Shown here: piece after piece, positions 36,421 through 46,800 of the stretch
How the letters are laid out: every line of letters starts with the position of its first letter
Position numbering within the stretch: the first letter of the stretch is position 1
Assembly (NCBI GenBank): GCA_964614655.1
Contig: CAZTPF010000007.1
Location: 17,819-81,818, forward strand
Length of the DNA: 64,000 bases
DNA from: an uncultured Bifidobacterium sp.
Lineage (GTDB): Bacteria > Actinomycetota > Acidimicrobiia > Acidimicrobiales > Ilumatobacteraceae
Reading direction: 5' to 3'
Notes under the pieces: generated by a model
Seen by the model: only the letters and a program-made list of their open reading frames with translations
What the model was told of the DNA's origin: nothing
The model's database searches: none
Program-made: the position numbers and the translations under genes

Positions 36421-37074
36421 GTGTTCGTCAAGATCTGCGGCATCACGTCGGAGGAAGACGCTCTGCTCGCTGTGGCCATGGGCGCCGATGCCGTCGGATT
36501 CGTGTTCGCCCCGTCGCCCCGACAGGTCTCGGCCCAGACCGTGTACGACATCACTCGTCGCCTTCCCCCCGAGATCCTGACCGTCGGCGTGTTCCGAGAC
36601 GAGTTGCCGGACCGCGTGTTCGAGGTGGCATCTCGTTCGGGAGTGAAAGCGGTCCAACTCCACGGACGTGAGACGGCTCGTCACGTCGCCCAACTGAGTG
36701 AGAACGTCCGTTGGATCATCAAAGCGGTGTCGGCCGGCTCGCCCGAAGCGGCTCGAGCCGACGAATACGGAACCGACTTGATCCTCGTCGATGCTCCGGA
36801 GCCCGGATCGGGAAAGGTCTTCGACTGGTCGCTCGTGGATGCGATTCCCGGTGGCCTGCGGCTGATCCTCGCCGGAGGCCTGACCCCCGACAACGTGGCG
36901 GACGCCATCGACGCCGTCGGTCCGTGGGGTGTCGACGTCAGTTCGGGGGTCGAGAGCTCGCCGGGACGCAAGGACCCGGTCAAGGTCCGCCAGTTCATCG
37001 CCCGGGCTCGATCCGCTGCACCCGAGGAGTACTCGACGACCGACGATCCTCCGTACGACTGGTTGGACGAGTAA
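36421..37074 (+). CDS. trpF: Phosphoribosylanthranilate isomerase
   Basis: [34 protein letters not shown], and GLTPDNV. Confidence 0.9.
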   Translation: MFVKICGITSEEDALLAVAMGADAVGFVFAPSPRQVSAQTVYDITRRLPPEILTVGVFRDELPDRVFEVASRSGVKAVQLHGRETARHVAQLSENVRWIIKAVSAGSPEAARADEYGTDLILVDAPEPGSGKVFDWSLVDAIPGGLRLILAGGLTPDNVADAIDAVGPWGVDVSSGVESSPGRKDPVKVRQFIARARSAAPEEYSTTDDPPYDWLDE

Positions 37075-37157
37075 CTGAGTTCACGTCTGTTGCCGGCAAT
37101 CGACTGAGGGACGGGGCGCCCCGGGTGCGATCATGTCGGGTAGGACGAAGGAGAATC

Positions 37158-38333
37158 ATGGCTACCTCGGCGAAATCGATCATGGGCGAACCCACTGATG
37201 CCGGTCGTTTCGGCGATTTCGGTGGTCGGTTCGTCCCGGAGACCCTCGTGCCGGCGTGCCAGGAGCTCGAATCCTCTTTCCGTGAGGCGTGGGCCGATCC
37301 GATCTTTCGTGGTGACCTAGATGCCGTCCTTCGGGAGTACGCCGGCCGGCCGTCGATCCTGACCGAGTGTCGGCAACTCGGCGCGCAGCTCGGGATACGG
37401 CTCGTTCTGAAGCGCGAAGACTTGAACCACACCGGCTCGCACAAGATCAACAACGTTCTCGGTCAGGCCTTGCTCGCCAAGCGCATGGGCAAGAAGCGAC
37501 TGGTCGCCGAGACCGGCGCCGGTCAACACGGGGTGGCGTCGGCGACGGCCGCTGCCCTTCTCGGTCTCGAATGCAAGGTCTACATGGGCGCGGTCGACGT
37601 CGAACGTCAGGCCCTGAACGTGTTCCGGATGAAACTGCTCGGCGCGGAGGTCGAAGCCGTGCACAGCGGAAGTCGAACTCTGAAGGACGCCGTGAACGAA
37701 GCCATGCGCGACTGGGTTGCCACTGTCGAGTCGACTCACTACTGCCTCGGATCCGTCATGGGTCCGCATCCCTACCCGTGGATGGTGCGCGAGTTTCATC
37801 GAGTGATCGGCAACGAGGCTCGAGAGCAGTGTCGTGACACCTATGGCGCCGACCCCGACGTGGTCGTCGCGTGTGTCGGAGGCGGTTCGAACGCCATCGG
37901 TATCTTCTCGGGCTTCGTCGACACCGCCGCCCGTCTCGTGGGTGTCGAACCGGCCGGAGGCGCAGCGGTCGGGCGCGGTCAGCCAGGTGTCGTGCACGGT
38001 ATGCGGAGCTATCTCATGCAGGACGAGTACGGACAGGTGCAGGAGGCTCATTCGATCTCGGCCGGGCTCGACTATCCGGGAGTCGGACCCGAGCATTCGT
38101 ACCTGGCGTCGATCGGACGCGCCGAATACCCAACGGTGACCGATGCCGAGGTGATCGAAGCCTTCCAGCTGCTGGCTCGTACGGAGGGGATCATTCCGGC
38201 TCTCGAATGCGCTCATGCTCTGGCCTGGATCGCTCGTGAAGCTCCGAACATGCAGGGACAGACGGTCCTCATGAATCTCTCCGGGCGAGGCGACAAGGAC
38301 GTCGGTCAGATGATGGAAGTGCTGGGATCGTGA
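37158..38333 (+). CDS. trpB: Tryptophan synthase beta chain
   Basis: ATG 37158 with a [24 protein letters not shown], the PLP lysine motif [11 protein letters not shown], and GGGSNAIG. Confidence 0.94.
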   Translation: MATSAKSIMGEPTDAGRFGDFGGRFVPETLVPACQELESSFREAWADPIFRGDLDAVLREYAGRPSILTECRQLGAQLGIRLVLKREDLNHTGSHKINNVLGQALLAKRMGKKRLVAETGAGQHGVASATAAALLGLECKVYMGAVDVERQALNVFRMKLLGAEVEAVHSGSRTLKDAVNEAMRDWVATVESTHYCLGSVMGPHPYPWMVREFHRVIGNEAREQCRDTYGADPDVVVACVGGGSNAIGIFSGFVDTAARLVGVEPAGGAAVGRGQPGVVHGMRSYLMQDEYGQVQEAHSISAGLDYPGVGPEHSYLASIGRAEYPTVTDAEVIEAFQLLARTEGIIPALECAHALAWIAREAPNMQGQTVLMNLSGRGDKDVGQMMEVLGS

Positions 38334-39124
38334 CGAGCCTCGACCTCGAAGGTCGTCTGCGTCGTCACCGAGACTCGGGTCGCAAACTTCTCGTTCCTTA
38401 CATCACCGGTGGTCTCACCGGCTGGGTCGACGCGGTCCGTGCCGCCGCTGCTTCGGGCGCCGACGCCATCGAGATCGGCATCCCGTTCTCCGATCCGGTC
38501 ATGGACGGGCCGGTGATCCAGCAGGCGAGCCAAGCGGCTCTCGGTGCGGGTGCGACACCGGTGTCGATCCTGCAAGAAGTTCGTAGCGTCGACGTGGACG
38601 TGCCGCTGGTCGTGATGTGCTACTACAACACAGTGCACCATGCCGGGCACGAGCGGTTCGCGGCTCAGTTGAGCGAGGCCGGAATTTCCGGTGCCATCGT
38701 TCCCGATCTACCTCTCGAGGAGTCGGACCCCTGGTGTCGAGCGGCCGACGAGGCGTCGATCGCCACCGTGATGTTGGCGGCGCCGACCGCTCCCGACGAT
38801 CGCTTGCCCCGCGTGTGTGCTCGAGCGCGCGGCTTCGTGTACTCGGTCGGACTGCTCGGAGTCACTGGCGAGCGGGATGCTCTGGCCAGCACGGCGACCG
38901 AGTTGGCCGGACGACTGAAGGCCGTGACCGATCGCCCCGTGGTGGTCGGAGTGGGGGTGTCCAACGCCGCTCAGGCCGTCGAAGCCTGCCGAGTGGCCGA
39001 CGGAGTGGTCCAGGGGGCGTCGGTCGTGCGTCGGCTGATGGACGGCGGACCGGATGCGGTCGCCGACTACGTGGCCGAGGTCCGCCAGGCGCTCGACGAA
39101 AATTTCGTGACATCAATTTCTTGA
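38330..39124 (+). CDS. trpA: Tryptophan synthase alpha chain
   Basis: The GTG overlaps the trpB stop. [25 protein letters not shown], and [13 protein letters not shown]. Confidence 0.92.
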   Translation: MTSLDLEGRLRRHRDSGRKLLVPYITGGLTGWVDAVRAAAASGADAIEIGIPFSDPVMDGPVIQQASQAALGAGATPVSILQEVRSVDVDVPLVVMCYYNTVHHAGHERFAAQLSEAGISGAIVPDLPLEESDPWCRAADEASIATVMLAAPTAPDDRLPRVCARARGFVYSVGLLGVTGERDALASTATELAGRLKAVTDRPVVVGVGVSNAAQAVEACRVADGVVQGASVVRRLMDGGPDAVADYVAEVRQALDENFVTSIS

Positions 39125-39205
39125 CACGAATGGACGACTGAGTGCTGGTCGGGGGAGGGTGACGTCGCCCGAATGGGCATCCCCCCACAGGAAGGAAGAC
39201 CCCTC

Positions 39206-39736
39206 ATGAAGAAAGTGTCCGTGACAATCGTCGCTGGCTTGTTGGCCGTCTTGGCCGCTTGCGGTGACGACGAATCCACCGCGACGACCACCGCAGCCGC
39301 CACCGTTGAAGCCGGAGACATCGTCGCCGTGGCCAGCGGTGCCGGATCGTTCTCGACTCTCGTCGCCGCCGTTCAAGCGGCCGATCTGGTCGGAACTCTC
39401 CAGAGTGACGGCCCGTTCACGGTGTTCGCGCCGACCGACGACGCGTTCGCTGCTCTGCCGGCCGGTGTTCTCGACGCCTTGCTTCTGCCCGAGAACAAGG
39501 ACGTCCTGGTGAAGATCCTCACGTACCACGTGGTCGCCGGCAAGGTGATGGCTGCCGACGTGACCGCTGGTGACGTGGCGACGGTCGAAGGACAGACGAT
39601 CGCCCTCGGAACCGACGGCGGTGTGACGGTCAACGGTGCCAACGTGGTCACCGCCGACGTCGAAGCGTCGAATGGCGTGATCCACGTGATCGACGCCGTG
39701 ATCCTTCCCCCGGACGTCGATCCCTCGGCCCTCTGA
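39206..39736 (+). CDS. Fasciclin (FAS1) domain lipoprotein
   Basis: [20 protein letters not shown] lipobox. [43 protein letters not shown]. Confidence 0.85.
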   Translation: MKKVSVTIVAGLLAVLAACGDDESTATTTAAATVEAGDIVAVASGAGSFSTLVAAVQAADLVGTLQSDGPFTVFAPTDDAFAALPAGVLDALLLPENKDVLVKILTYHVVAGKVMAADVTAGDVATVEGQTIALGTDGGVTVNGANVVTADVEASNGVIHVIDAVILPPDVDPSAL

Positions 39737-39775
39737 CAACCCGAATGGTGACGGGGCTCTGCGACACTGGTCGGC

Positions 39776-40084
39776 GTGAGCGACTGCGAATTGTGTCAGG
39801 CGTCCCGTTTCACCGAATGGTTCCACGAGGACGATGAATGTTGGATCGCCGAGTGCGAATCGTGTCTGGTGCCGATGGTCGTGTGGAAGACACACGGCCA
39901 TCGGCCCGATGACGACACGAGAAACCGCCTACAGGCGACGTTGATCGATGTCGTGGCAAGGTACTTCGTCGACGAGATCTACGTCGACGACGTGATGCGA
40001 GCGATTCCCGATCACTACCACGCCCACGCGCGTGGACGAGGCAAGTGGGGCCGGCAGCCGCTCGAACGTCGGCCGGGTGTCTGA
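39776..40084 (+). CDS. Hypothetical Cys-rich protein with HxHxH motif (HIT-like?)
   Basis: 102 aa. CELC...CWIAECESC, followed by IPDHYHAHARG. Codon usage is coding-like. The family was not recognised. Confidence 0.5.
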   Translation: MSDCELCQASRFTEWFHEDDECWIAECESCLVPMVVWKTHGHRPDDDTRNRLQATLIDVVARYFVDEIYVDDVMRAIPDHYHAHARGRGKWGRQPLERRPGV

Positions 40085-40306
40085 AGAATTCGGGTCAGCA
40101 GGGTCGGCGGATCGGGCGTCCGTACATGTTGCCTCTTTCGGTCGTGTCCGCAGTGGACGTGCTCACGTCGTCTACGTAAGCCCACTCTCCGCGTCGATCC
40201 AATGGGCCGTTCGTCCCAGATTTCATGGTTTCACCACGCTGAGTGGCCAACGGGACGCCGATCGTCGATCTGGGTCGGGCTCGGCTCGACAACTACGGTG
40301 ACGGGT

Positions 40307-40774
40307 ATGGCGTCCACCGGATCTTTGGCAGCGGGCCGGAAGGCCCCGGCTTTCACCCTCGTCGACCAGGACGGAAACAAGGTGCGGCTCTCGTCGTTCG
40401 CCGGTCGTCGCGTCCTGGTCTACTTCTACCCGAAGGCCGACACCCCCGGGTGCACCCAGCAGTCGTGCTTGCTTCGGGACGTCGTGCCCAAGATCGGCGA
40501 CACCGCTGTCGTCGGAATCAGCCCGGACGCTCCGGCCAAGCAGAAGAAGTTCGCCGAAAAATACGATCTGCCGTTTCCGCTTCTCGCCGACGTCGAGCAC
40601 GTGGTCGCCCAGAAGTACGGAGTGTGGAAACAGAAGTCGATGTACGGCCGCACGTACATGGGTGTCGAACGTTCGGCCTTCCTCATCGGAGCGGACGGCA
40701 AGATCGAAGAGGCTTGGTACAAGGTGTCGCCCAAGGACACACCGGTCAACCTCTTGAAGGCCCTCGGACGATGA
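40307..40774 (+). CDS. bcp: Thioredoxin-dependent thiol peroxidase (Bcp/PrxQ)
   Basis: ATG 40307. APAFTLVDQDGNKVRLSSF, and the peroxidatic Cys motif YFYPKADTPGCT. Confidence 0.9.
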   Translation: MASTGSLAAGRKAPAFTLVDQDGNKVRLSSFAGRRVLVYFYPKADTPGCTQQSCLLRDVVPKIGDTAVVGISPDAPAKQKKFAEKYDLPFPLLADVEHVVAQKYGVWKQKSMYGRTYMGVERSAFLIGADGKIEEAWYKVSPKDTPVNLLKALGR

Positions 40775-41199
40775 CGACACTTCCCTTGCCGATCGACGTG
40801 CTGCCGCATCGGCCGCCGTTTCTCTTCGTCGATCGCGTGATCGAACTCGAACCGGGTCGATCGGCGACTGGAGAGTGGGCGCTCACGGGTGACGAGTGGT
40901 TCTTCAAGGGACACTTCCCGGGCCGTCCCACATTGCCCGGAGTTCTGATGTGCGAGGCCATCGCCCAGTTGGGCGCGATCGCGGTGCTCACGGTGGATGA
41001 TCATCGCTCTCGCCTTCCCCTCTTCGGAGGCCTCGATTCGGCTCGCTTCCGCCGCCAGGTCGGACCGGGCGACGTGTTGCGCCTCGACGTCGAGCTCGGA
41101 CGCATGTCGTCACGGGCGGGGAAAGGATCGGGGCGCGCTCTCCTCGGCGATCAGGTGGCCTGCGAATGCGACCTCATGTTCGTGCTCGTCGACCCGTGA
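40771..41199 (+). CDS. fabZ: 3-hydroxyacyl-ACP dehydratase
   Basis: The ATG overlaps the bcp stop. LPHRPPFLFVDRV, and FFKGHFPGRPTLPGVLMCEAIAQ. Confidence 0.88.
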   Translation: MTTLPLPIDVLPHRPPFLFVDRVIELEPGRSATGEWALTGDEWFFKGHFPGRPTLPGVLMCEAIAQLGAIAVLTVDDHRSRLPLFGGLDSARFRRQVGPGDVLRLDVELGRMSSRAGKGSGRALLGDQVACECDLMFVLVDP

Positions 41200-41239
41200 C
41201 GAGCCGTCGATTCCGGCATCGTCGCCGAGTGTGATCGGT

Positions 41240-42418
41240 TCAGCGCGGCGGGGTGAGAATCAGCGAACCGTTGTGTCCGCCGAAACCGAAATTGTTCGAG
41301 ATGGTCGGTCCGGGCGTCCACGGTCGTGGAGAGCCCGTCACGAGATCGATCGTCATGTCGTCGTCGAGTGTCGTCGTGTTGGCCGTCGGTGGGATGAGCG
41401 CATTCTGGAACGCGAGAACGACCGAGGCGGCTTCCAGAGCACCGGCTGCGCCGAGCGCGTGCCCGGTCACACCCTTGATGCTCGTCACCGGGACTCGACC
41501 GATGCCGAAGACTTCACTCACTGCTGCCGCTTCGGCGGCGTCGTTCAACGGAGTGGAGGTCCCGTGGGCATTCACGTGCACGATGTCACCAGCAGTGAGG
41601 CCGGCGTCGTCGAGAGCCAGTCGCATGCAGGCGATCGCTCCACGGCCTCCGGGTGACGGTGCAGTGATGTGATGCGCATCGGCGTTGCTCGCCGAGCCCA
41701 GGATCTCGGCGAGAACCGTCGCCCCGCGACCGACCGCGTGTTCCCATTCCTCGAGGACGAAGATCGCCGCCCCCTCACCCATGACGAACCCGTCACGCCC
41801 GGCGTCGAAGGGACGGCTGATCCCGGACGACGAAAGAGCAGTCATGTTGCCGAATCCGGCCAAGGAGACTGCAGTCGCAGCCGCTTCGCTTCCACCGCTG
41901 ATCATGGCGTCGCATCGTCCGGAGGCGATCAGACGTGCCGCGTAGCCGAGAGCGTGTGTCGATGCCGCGCAGGCGGTGCAGATCGTCTCGTTCGGACCTT
42001 GGAGACCGTGGCGCATCGAGATGGCGGCGCCGGTGGCGTTGGCCATCATCATGGGAACGAGGAACGGCGACACTCGACGATCGCCTTTGGCGAGGCGCAC
42101 CTCGACCTGTTCTTCGAGTGTGGTCAAACCGCCGATTCCGGTTCCGACCACGACTCCGAACCGCGCCGGATCGACACCGACGTCACCTGCTTGGGCGAAG
42201 GCTTCCGATGCCGCGGCCAGGCCGAACTGCTCGACGCGGTCGGCGCGTCGAGCATCCTTGGGGGAGTCGAAGAAGGGCGAGGGGTCCCAGTCGTCGATCC
42301 GAACCGCCCGCCCTCCGGTGGCACCAGGGCCGAGAAGACCCGACCAGAAGGCGTCGCGCCCGACACCACACGTGGCGACGACCCCAAGGCCGGTGATCGC
42401 GACTCGCCGGCCTGTCAT
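41240..42418 (-). CDS. fabF: Beta-ketoacyl-ACP synthase II
   Basis: RRVAITGLGVV, active-site CTACAAS, HITAP, NAHGTSTP, and FGFGGHNG. Confidence 0.93.
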   Translation of the reverse strand: MTGRRVAITGLGVVATCGVGRDAFWSGLLGPGATGGRAVRIDDWDPSPFFDSPKDARRADRVEQFGLAAASEAFAQAGDVGVDPARFGVVVGTGIGGLTTLEEQVEVRLAKGDRRVSPFLVPMMMANATGAAISMRHGLQGPNETICTACAASTHALGYAARLIASGRCDAMISGGSEAAATAVSLAGFGNMTALSSSGISRPFDAGRDGFVMGEGAAIFVLEEWEHAVGRGATVLAEILGSASNADAHHITAPSPGGRGAIACMRLALDDAGLTAGDIVHVNAHGTSTPLNDAAEAAAVSEVFGIGRVPVTSIKGVTGHALGAAGALEAASVVLAFQNALIPPTANTTTLDDDMTIDLVTGSPRPWTPGPTISNNFGFGGHNGSLILTPPR

Positions 42419-42654
42419 CAGAGTTTGCCGACGATGAGATCGTAGGCCTGACCGACGGTCTTCACTCCTTCGATCTCCTCTTCGGGAACTTCGATCCCGA
42501 ACTCCTCTTCGAGAGCCATGACGAGCTCGACCAAGTCGAGGCTGTCGGCTTCGAGGTCGTCACCGAAACTGGCCTCGGGGACGACCTTGTCGGCATCGAC
42601 ACTCAACACGTCGACGGCGCACTTGCGGAAGCGTGCGAAGAGTTCCTGATCCAT
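42418..42654 (-). CDS. acpP: Acyl carrier protein
   Basis: 78 aa from ATG 42654 (GGGAGGA SD). The phosphopantetheine site is [23 protein letters not shown]. The stop overlaps the fabF start. Confidence 0.92.
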   Translation of the reverse strand: MDQELFARFRKCAVDVLSVDADKVVPEASFGDDLEADSLDLVELVMALEEEFGIEVPEEEIEGVKTVGQAYDLIVGKL

Positions 42655-42755
42655 TGTTCCTCCCGTGTCGAGAGCCGCGGATCGGCTCTGTCGAACGACG
42701 TTGCTGACCCGATCCACTGTAAACGCTCGGGACGATCCAGAGCCGAATACCCGAG

Positions 42756-43463
42756 CTAGTGCCCCATTCCGAGACCACCATCGACCGGTACCACGGCACC
42801 GGTGATGTACGCCGCGTCGTCGGATGCCAGAAAGGCCACGACTCCGGCGATTTCGTCGGGAGATGCGATTCGTCCGAGGGGAACCGAAGCGGTCAGGGCG
42901 GCGAGACGCTCCTCGCCCAGTACGGCGGTCATGTCGGTCTCGACGGGGCCGGGAGCGACGACGTTCACGGTGATGGAACGGGATCCGAGTTCTCGGGCCA
43001 GACTCCGAGCCAGACCGACGAGTCCAGCTTTCGACGCCGCGTAATTGGCCTGGCCGGCCGAGCCGAGTAGCCCGACGACACTCGAGAGCAGGACGATGCG
43101 GCCACGACGCGCCCGCAGCATGGTCTGGGCGGCGCGTTTGCACACGCGATACGCACCCGTCAGGTTGGCGTCGACCACCGACGCGAAGTCCGACTCCGAC
43201 ATCCTGAGGAGCAAGGTGTCCTTGGTGACGCCGGCATTGGCGACCAGGATTTCGACCGGACCGAATTCGGATTCGACTGCGGTGAAGGCGGCGTCCACAT
43301 CGGACGACGACGTGATGTCGCACTTGACAGCGAAGAAGCCGTCGGGCGGTGGTGTCGAGTTGTAGGTGATGGCGACCTTGTCGCCGAGGGCGGCGAACCG
43401 ACGAGCGGTCGCGAGTCCGATGCCGCGGGAACCGCCGGTGACGAGGACGACCCGTCCGCTCAC
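42756..43463 (-). CDS. fabG: 3-oxoacyl-ACP reductase
   Basis: [17 protein letters not shown], and [11 protein letters not shown]. Confidence 0.9.
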   Translation of the reverse strand: MSGRVVLVTGGSRGIGLATARRFAALGDKVAITYNSTPPPDGFFAVKCDITSSSDVDAAFTAVESEFGPVEILVANAGVTKDTLLLRMSESDFASVVDANLTGAYRVCKRAAQTMLRARRGRIVLLSSVVGLLGSAGQANYAASKAGLVGLARSLARELGSRSITVNVVAPGPVETDMTAVLGEERLAALTASVPLGRIASPDEIAGVVAFLASDDAAYITGAVVPVDGGLGMGH

Positions 43464-44410
43464 GTGCGCGGTCCCCAGCGAAGAAGAGCCGATGCAGCCG
43501 TCATGCCTCCGCCGAATCCGACGAGCAGGACGAGGTCGCCCGGTGCGATTCGTCCCTTCGTCAGGGCGTCGTCGAGGGCGAGCGGGATGGACGCCGCCGA
43601 CGTGTTGCCGGTGCGGTCGAGAACCACCGCGGTGCGCTCCATGTCGACACCGAGCCGCTCGCAGGCGGCTTGGATGATGCGGATGTTCGCTTGATGGGGG
43701 ACGAGCAGAGCGACGTCGTCACCGGTGACTCCGGCGTGGTCGAGCACCTTCGTGGCCGAGTCGACCATGATGCGCACGGCGCGACGGAAGACTTCCTTGC
43801 CCTCCATCTGGATGAACCCTCCGACGTCGGCCCACAGGATCGGACCGGCCGAACCGTCGGCGTCGAGATCCCAGGCGACGAGTTCGCCGGGGCCATCGCA
43901 CGACTGCACGACGACCGCGCCTGCTCCGTCTCCGAAGAGAACCGCCGTGTTGCGATCGCTCCAGTCGGTGATCTTCGACAGGGAGTCGGCTCCGATCACG
44001 AGAACGTTCCGGGATCCCATGGCGATGAGCCCGTGGGCGGCCACCAGCGAGTAGACGAAGCCGCTGCACGCCGCATTGATCTCGAAGACTCCGCAACGCA
44101 TCCCGAGCGCGTCCTGAACGGTCGCCGCATTTCCCCACTGCTTGTCGGGAGTCGTGGTCGCGATGATCAGAGCATCGATGTCGGACGGAGAGAGACCAGC
44201 CGAAGTGATCGCCGCTCGTCCGGCTTCGATCGACATGCCGATCGTGGTGCCGTCGACGTGACGTTCGCGTATTCCGCTTCGCTCGACGATCCATTCGTCG
44301 CTGGTCTCGACCATGCGCTCGAGATCGTGATTGGTGAGCACCTTGGGCGGAAGATACGAGCCCCAACCGACGATGGTCGCACCACGAGCCGAAGGATCGG
44401 TGGCCGGCAT
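43460..44410 (-). CDS. fabH: Beta-ketoacyl-ACP synthase III
   Basis: [10 protein letters not shown] active-site Cys, [16 protein letters not shown], and FGGGMT. Confidence 0.92.
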   Translation of the reverse strand: MPATDPSARGATIVGWGSYLPPKVLTNHDLERMVETSDEWIVERSGIRERHVDGTTIGMSIEAGRAAITSAGLSPSDIDALIIATTTPDKQWGNAATVQDALGMRCGVFEINAACSGFVYSLVAAHGLIAMGSRNVLVIGADSLSKITDWSDRNTAVLFGDGAGAVVVQSCDGPGELVAWDLDADGSAGPILWADVGGFIQMEGKEVFRRAVRIMVDSATKVLDHAGVTGDDVALLVPHQANIRIIQAACERLGVDMERTAVVLDRTGNTSAASIPLALDDALTKGRIAPGDLVLLVGFGGGMTAASALLRWGPRT

Positions 44411-45585
44411 CAGATGGTCCTCAACCAGGCGATGGGTTGCCGGGGAGTGACGCGTTCGCCGTCGACGGCGATGAACGCTTGGAGTATCCCGTCGAACGCC
44501 GAACGCACTTCGACCGTGCCGATGTGCCCGAGGACGGTTCCGATCGACACGTGCGATCCCGGCTCGACGTCACCTCTCGGGGTGAAGACTCCAGCGCCCG
44601 GACTGACCACCAGGCGTTCGACGGCGAACAAGTGCTCACCCTCGTGCTGCGCCTTGGCGGCCGAACGTCCGTCGTTCACCCACTCGAGCAACTTGTCGAG
44701 GTCGTCGGGAGTGGAGACCGAGATGGTTCGCGATCCGTCGAGGGTCCGCTTCGTCATGCCGGTCAACACCCCTCCGGGCCCGAGTTCGGCGAAGGAGACG
44801 ACGCCGAGACGAGACAACTCGAGGAGACATTGCTTCCAACGAACCGGACTCGAGAGTTGGGCCGACAGAAGGCTCGACCACTCCGATCCGGAGGCATGGG
44901 CGAGGGCGTCGACGTTGCTCACGACCGGCATGTCGGTGTCGCGGGGCGAGGCGGCGGCGATGGCCGAGCGGAGTCGATCACGCGCCGGCGCCATGAACGG
45001 CGTGTGGAACGCCCCGGAGACCTGGAGGGGCATCGACTTCTTGGCTCCGAGTTCTTTCGCGATCTCACTTGCTCGCGCCACACCGTCGGGTGATCCGGCG
45101 ATGACAACTTGACCGGGAGCGTTGAAGTTGGCGACCCACACGTCGCTGTCGGCCCGCCGACAGGCCACTTCGACGTCCTCGTCATCGAGGCCGAGGACGG
45201 CAGCCATGGTTCCCGGATGCTGTTGGCCGGCATCGTGCATCGCCGCGGCCCGTTCGACGACGAGTGCCACACCCTCGTCGAACGACAGAGCGCCGGACGC
45301 GCAGAGCGCGGTGTACTCGCCGAGCGAGTGCCCGGCGCAGAAGCCGGCGTCGATTCCGAGTCGCTCGACGGCATCGAGCACCACGAGGCTCGAGACGAAG
45401 GTGGTGAGCTGAGCGTTGCGCGTGTCCTTCAATTCGTCGGCGTCGGCGTCGAGCAAGAGACGGGCGACGTCTCGTCCGGCGAACTCCGAGGCTTCGCCGA
45501 CGAGTTCCCAGCTCTCGTGGTCGACCCACGGACGACCCATGCCGGGGCGTTGGGAGCCCTGGCCGGGAAAGGTGAACGCGAGCAC
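44410..45585 (-). CDS. fabD: Malonyl-CoA:ACP transacylase with a C-terminal biotinyl/lipoyl-like domain lacking the modifiable Lys
   Basis: FTFPGQGSQRPGMG, the active site GHSLGEYTAL, and SGAFHTP. An extra ~75-aa C-terminus VVSPGAGVF...GTVLGHIGTVEVRSAFDGILQAFIAVDGERV resembles BCCP but lacks the AMKM lysine. Confidence 0.88.
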   Translation of the reverse strand: MLAFTFPGQGSQRPGMGRPWVDHESWELVGEASEFAGRDVARLLLDADADELKDTRNAQLTTFVSSLVVLDAVERLGIDAGFCAGHSLGEYTALCASGALSFDEGVALVVERAAAMHDAGQQHPGTMAAVLGLDDEDVEVACRRADSDVWVANFNAPGQVVIAGSPDGVARASEIAKELGAKKSMPLQVSGAFHTPFMAPARDRLRSAIAAASPRDTDMPVVSNVDALAHASGSEWSSLLSAQLSSPVRWKQCLLELSRLGVVSFAELGPGGVLTGMTKRTLDGSRTISVSTPDDLDKLLEWVNDGRSAAKAQHEGEHLFAVERLVVSPGAGVFTPRGDVEPGSHVSIGTVLGHIGTVEVRSAFDGILQAFIAVDGERVTPRQPIAWLRTI

Positions 45586-45742
45586 GTTCGAACGATAATC
45601 GGCGTCGGACGACCGATCGGGTTACTGCGCAGTAGTCGGATCGAATGGAGCCCGCGGGACATCGTCGTGAGGCTGGTGGTCGGCCGGATCGTCGGGGGAG
45701 AGATATCGAGAGCGAAATCGAGAGGGATAGGGTGTCGCCTGC

Positions 45743-45818
45743 GCCCCGGTAGCCCAACGGCAGAGGCAGCGGCTTCAAACTCCGTACGGTGTGGGTTCGA
45801 ATCCCACCCGGGGCACCA
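45743..45818 (+). tRNA. tRNA, 76 nt with encoded CCA. Best cloverleaf gives anticodon CAA (Leu/UUG) on a class-I, Gln/Glu-like body. Isotype is uncertain.
   Basis: Acceptor GCCCCGG/CCGGGGC. D-stem GCC/GGC with GG in the loop. Anticodon stem GCGG(C)/(U)CCGU with loop UUCAAAC. 5-nt variable loop ACGGU. T-arm GUGGG-UUCGAAU-CCCAC. A73, then CCA. Confidence 0.8.
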
Positions 45819-45900
45819 TTCTCCCCGCTTCGACCCACCTCGGGGGTTCCGATCCCCGATGCGGAGGCTTTTCCGTACACTTTCCCCCGTGGGACAGCGG

Positions 45901-46182
45901 ATGATCGAGCGTCGTCTCCGGGAAGCCGGAGATCGCCTGCGTCGCCTTCGCGGCGAGCTGAGCATCGTCGATGAGCAGTTGCGTCACCTCTCCGACGAAG
46001 CCGACGACATGGGCCTGCGGGCCCTGGTGTCGGAAACTCCGGGCGCGGACAGCGAGTATCGGGAGGCCAGACGGCACGCCGATGCGATGCGGGCTCACCG
46101 CGAACAGGTGGTGGCGTCGATCGCCGAGCTCGAGGCTCGGCAGGACGCGTTGCTCGATCGCTTGGCCCGTCAGTCCGGCTGA
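45901..46182 (+). CDS. Small coiled-coil hypothetical protein
   Basis: 93 aa. MIERRLREAGDRLRRLRGELSIVDEQLRHLSDEADD...IAELEARQDALLDRLARQSG. It lies upstream of the ANTAR regulator. An alternative GTG start is at 45889. Confidence 0.55.
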   Translation: MIERRLREAGDRLRRLRGELSIVDEQLRHLSDEADDMGLRALVSETPGADSEYREARRHADAMRAHREQVVASIAELEARQDALLDRLARQSG

Positions 46183-46212
46183 ACGTATCGCTCCCGTCGG
46201 GTCCGTCTCTGG

Positions 46213-46800
46213 TTGAATGTCCGGGTGAGCATTCGCGTCGTGATCGCCGAAGACGAGGCCATCATTCGCCTCGACTTGAAAGAGACCCTGCTCGAAGAGG
46301 GTTACGACGTGGTCGGTGAGGCCGGTCGAGGCGACGTCGCTCTCGATCTCATCCGTTCGACCCGACCCGATCTGGCGATCCTCGACGTCAAGATGCCCGG
46401 AATGGACGGCCTCGAAGTCGCGCGTCACGTGGCCGACGAGCGCATCTGCGGTGTGTTGGTCCTCACCGCGTTCAGCCAGCGCGAGGTCATCGAGCAGGCC
46501 CGCGACGCCGGAGCGCTCGCCTATCTGGTCAAGCCGTATCAAAAGAGCGATCTCGTGCCGGCGATCGAGGTCGCGATCGGCCGTTTTCGTGAGCTTCAGT
46601 CGTTGAGCGGAAGTGTCGACGCCCTCGGTGAACAACTCGAAATTCGTAAGTCGATCGACCGAGCGAAGGGACGGCTCATCGACGAGCATGGGATGAAAGA
46701 GCAGGACGCCTTCTCGTTCATCCAGAGAACGGCGATGAAGGAACGGTCTCGTATGAAGGACGTCGCCGATCGAATCCTGGCCGGTGAACTGACTCCGTGA
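46213..46800 (+). CDS. ANTAR-domain response regulator (PdtaR-like)
   Basis: Receiver domain VVIAEDEAIIRLDL..DLAILDVKMPGMDG, and ANTAR LEIRKSIDRAKGRLIDEHGMKEQDAFSFIQRTAMKERSRMKDVA. The start may be GTG 46225. Confidence 0.88.
   Translation: MNVRVSIRVVIAEDEAIIRLDLKETLLEEGYDVVGEAGRGDVALDLIRSTRPDLAILDVKMPGMDGLEVARHVADERICGVLVLTAFSQREVIEQARDAGALAYLVKPYQKSDLVPAIEVAIGRFRELQSLSGSVDALGEQLEIRKSIDRAKGRLIDEHGMKEQDAFSFIQRTAMKERSRMKDVADRILAGELTP

Noticed and set aside
40095-40292. Small minus-strand ORF (65 aa tracked; possible 43-aa MKSGTNGPLDRRGEWAYVDD... from an internal ATG) between the HxHxH protein and bcp
   Set aside because: It has only a weak SD-like GGTGA, mixed codon bias and no recognisable family. 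It lies in a ~220 bp intergenic region that is more simply the bcp promoter. It is not excluded, but it is unsupported.
45743-45818. tRNA as an integration (att) site for a mobile element or for the CIS cluster
   Set aside because: No integrase, direct repeat of the tRNA 3' end or foreign-looking genes are nearby. The flanks are FAS-II genes and pdtaR-polA, and the CIS operon is about 39 kb away.
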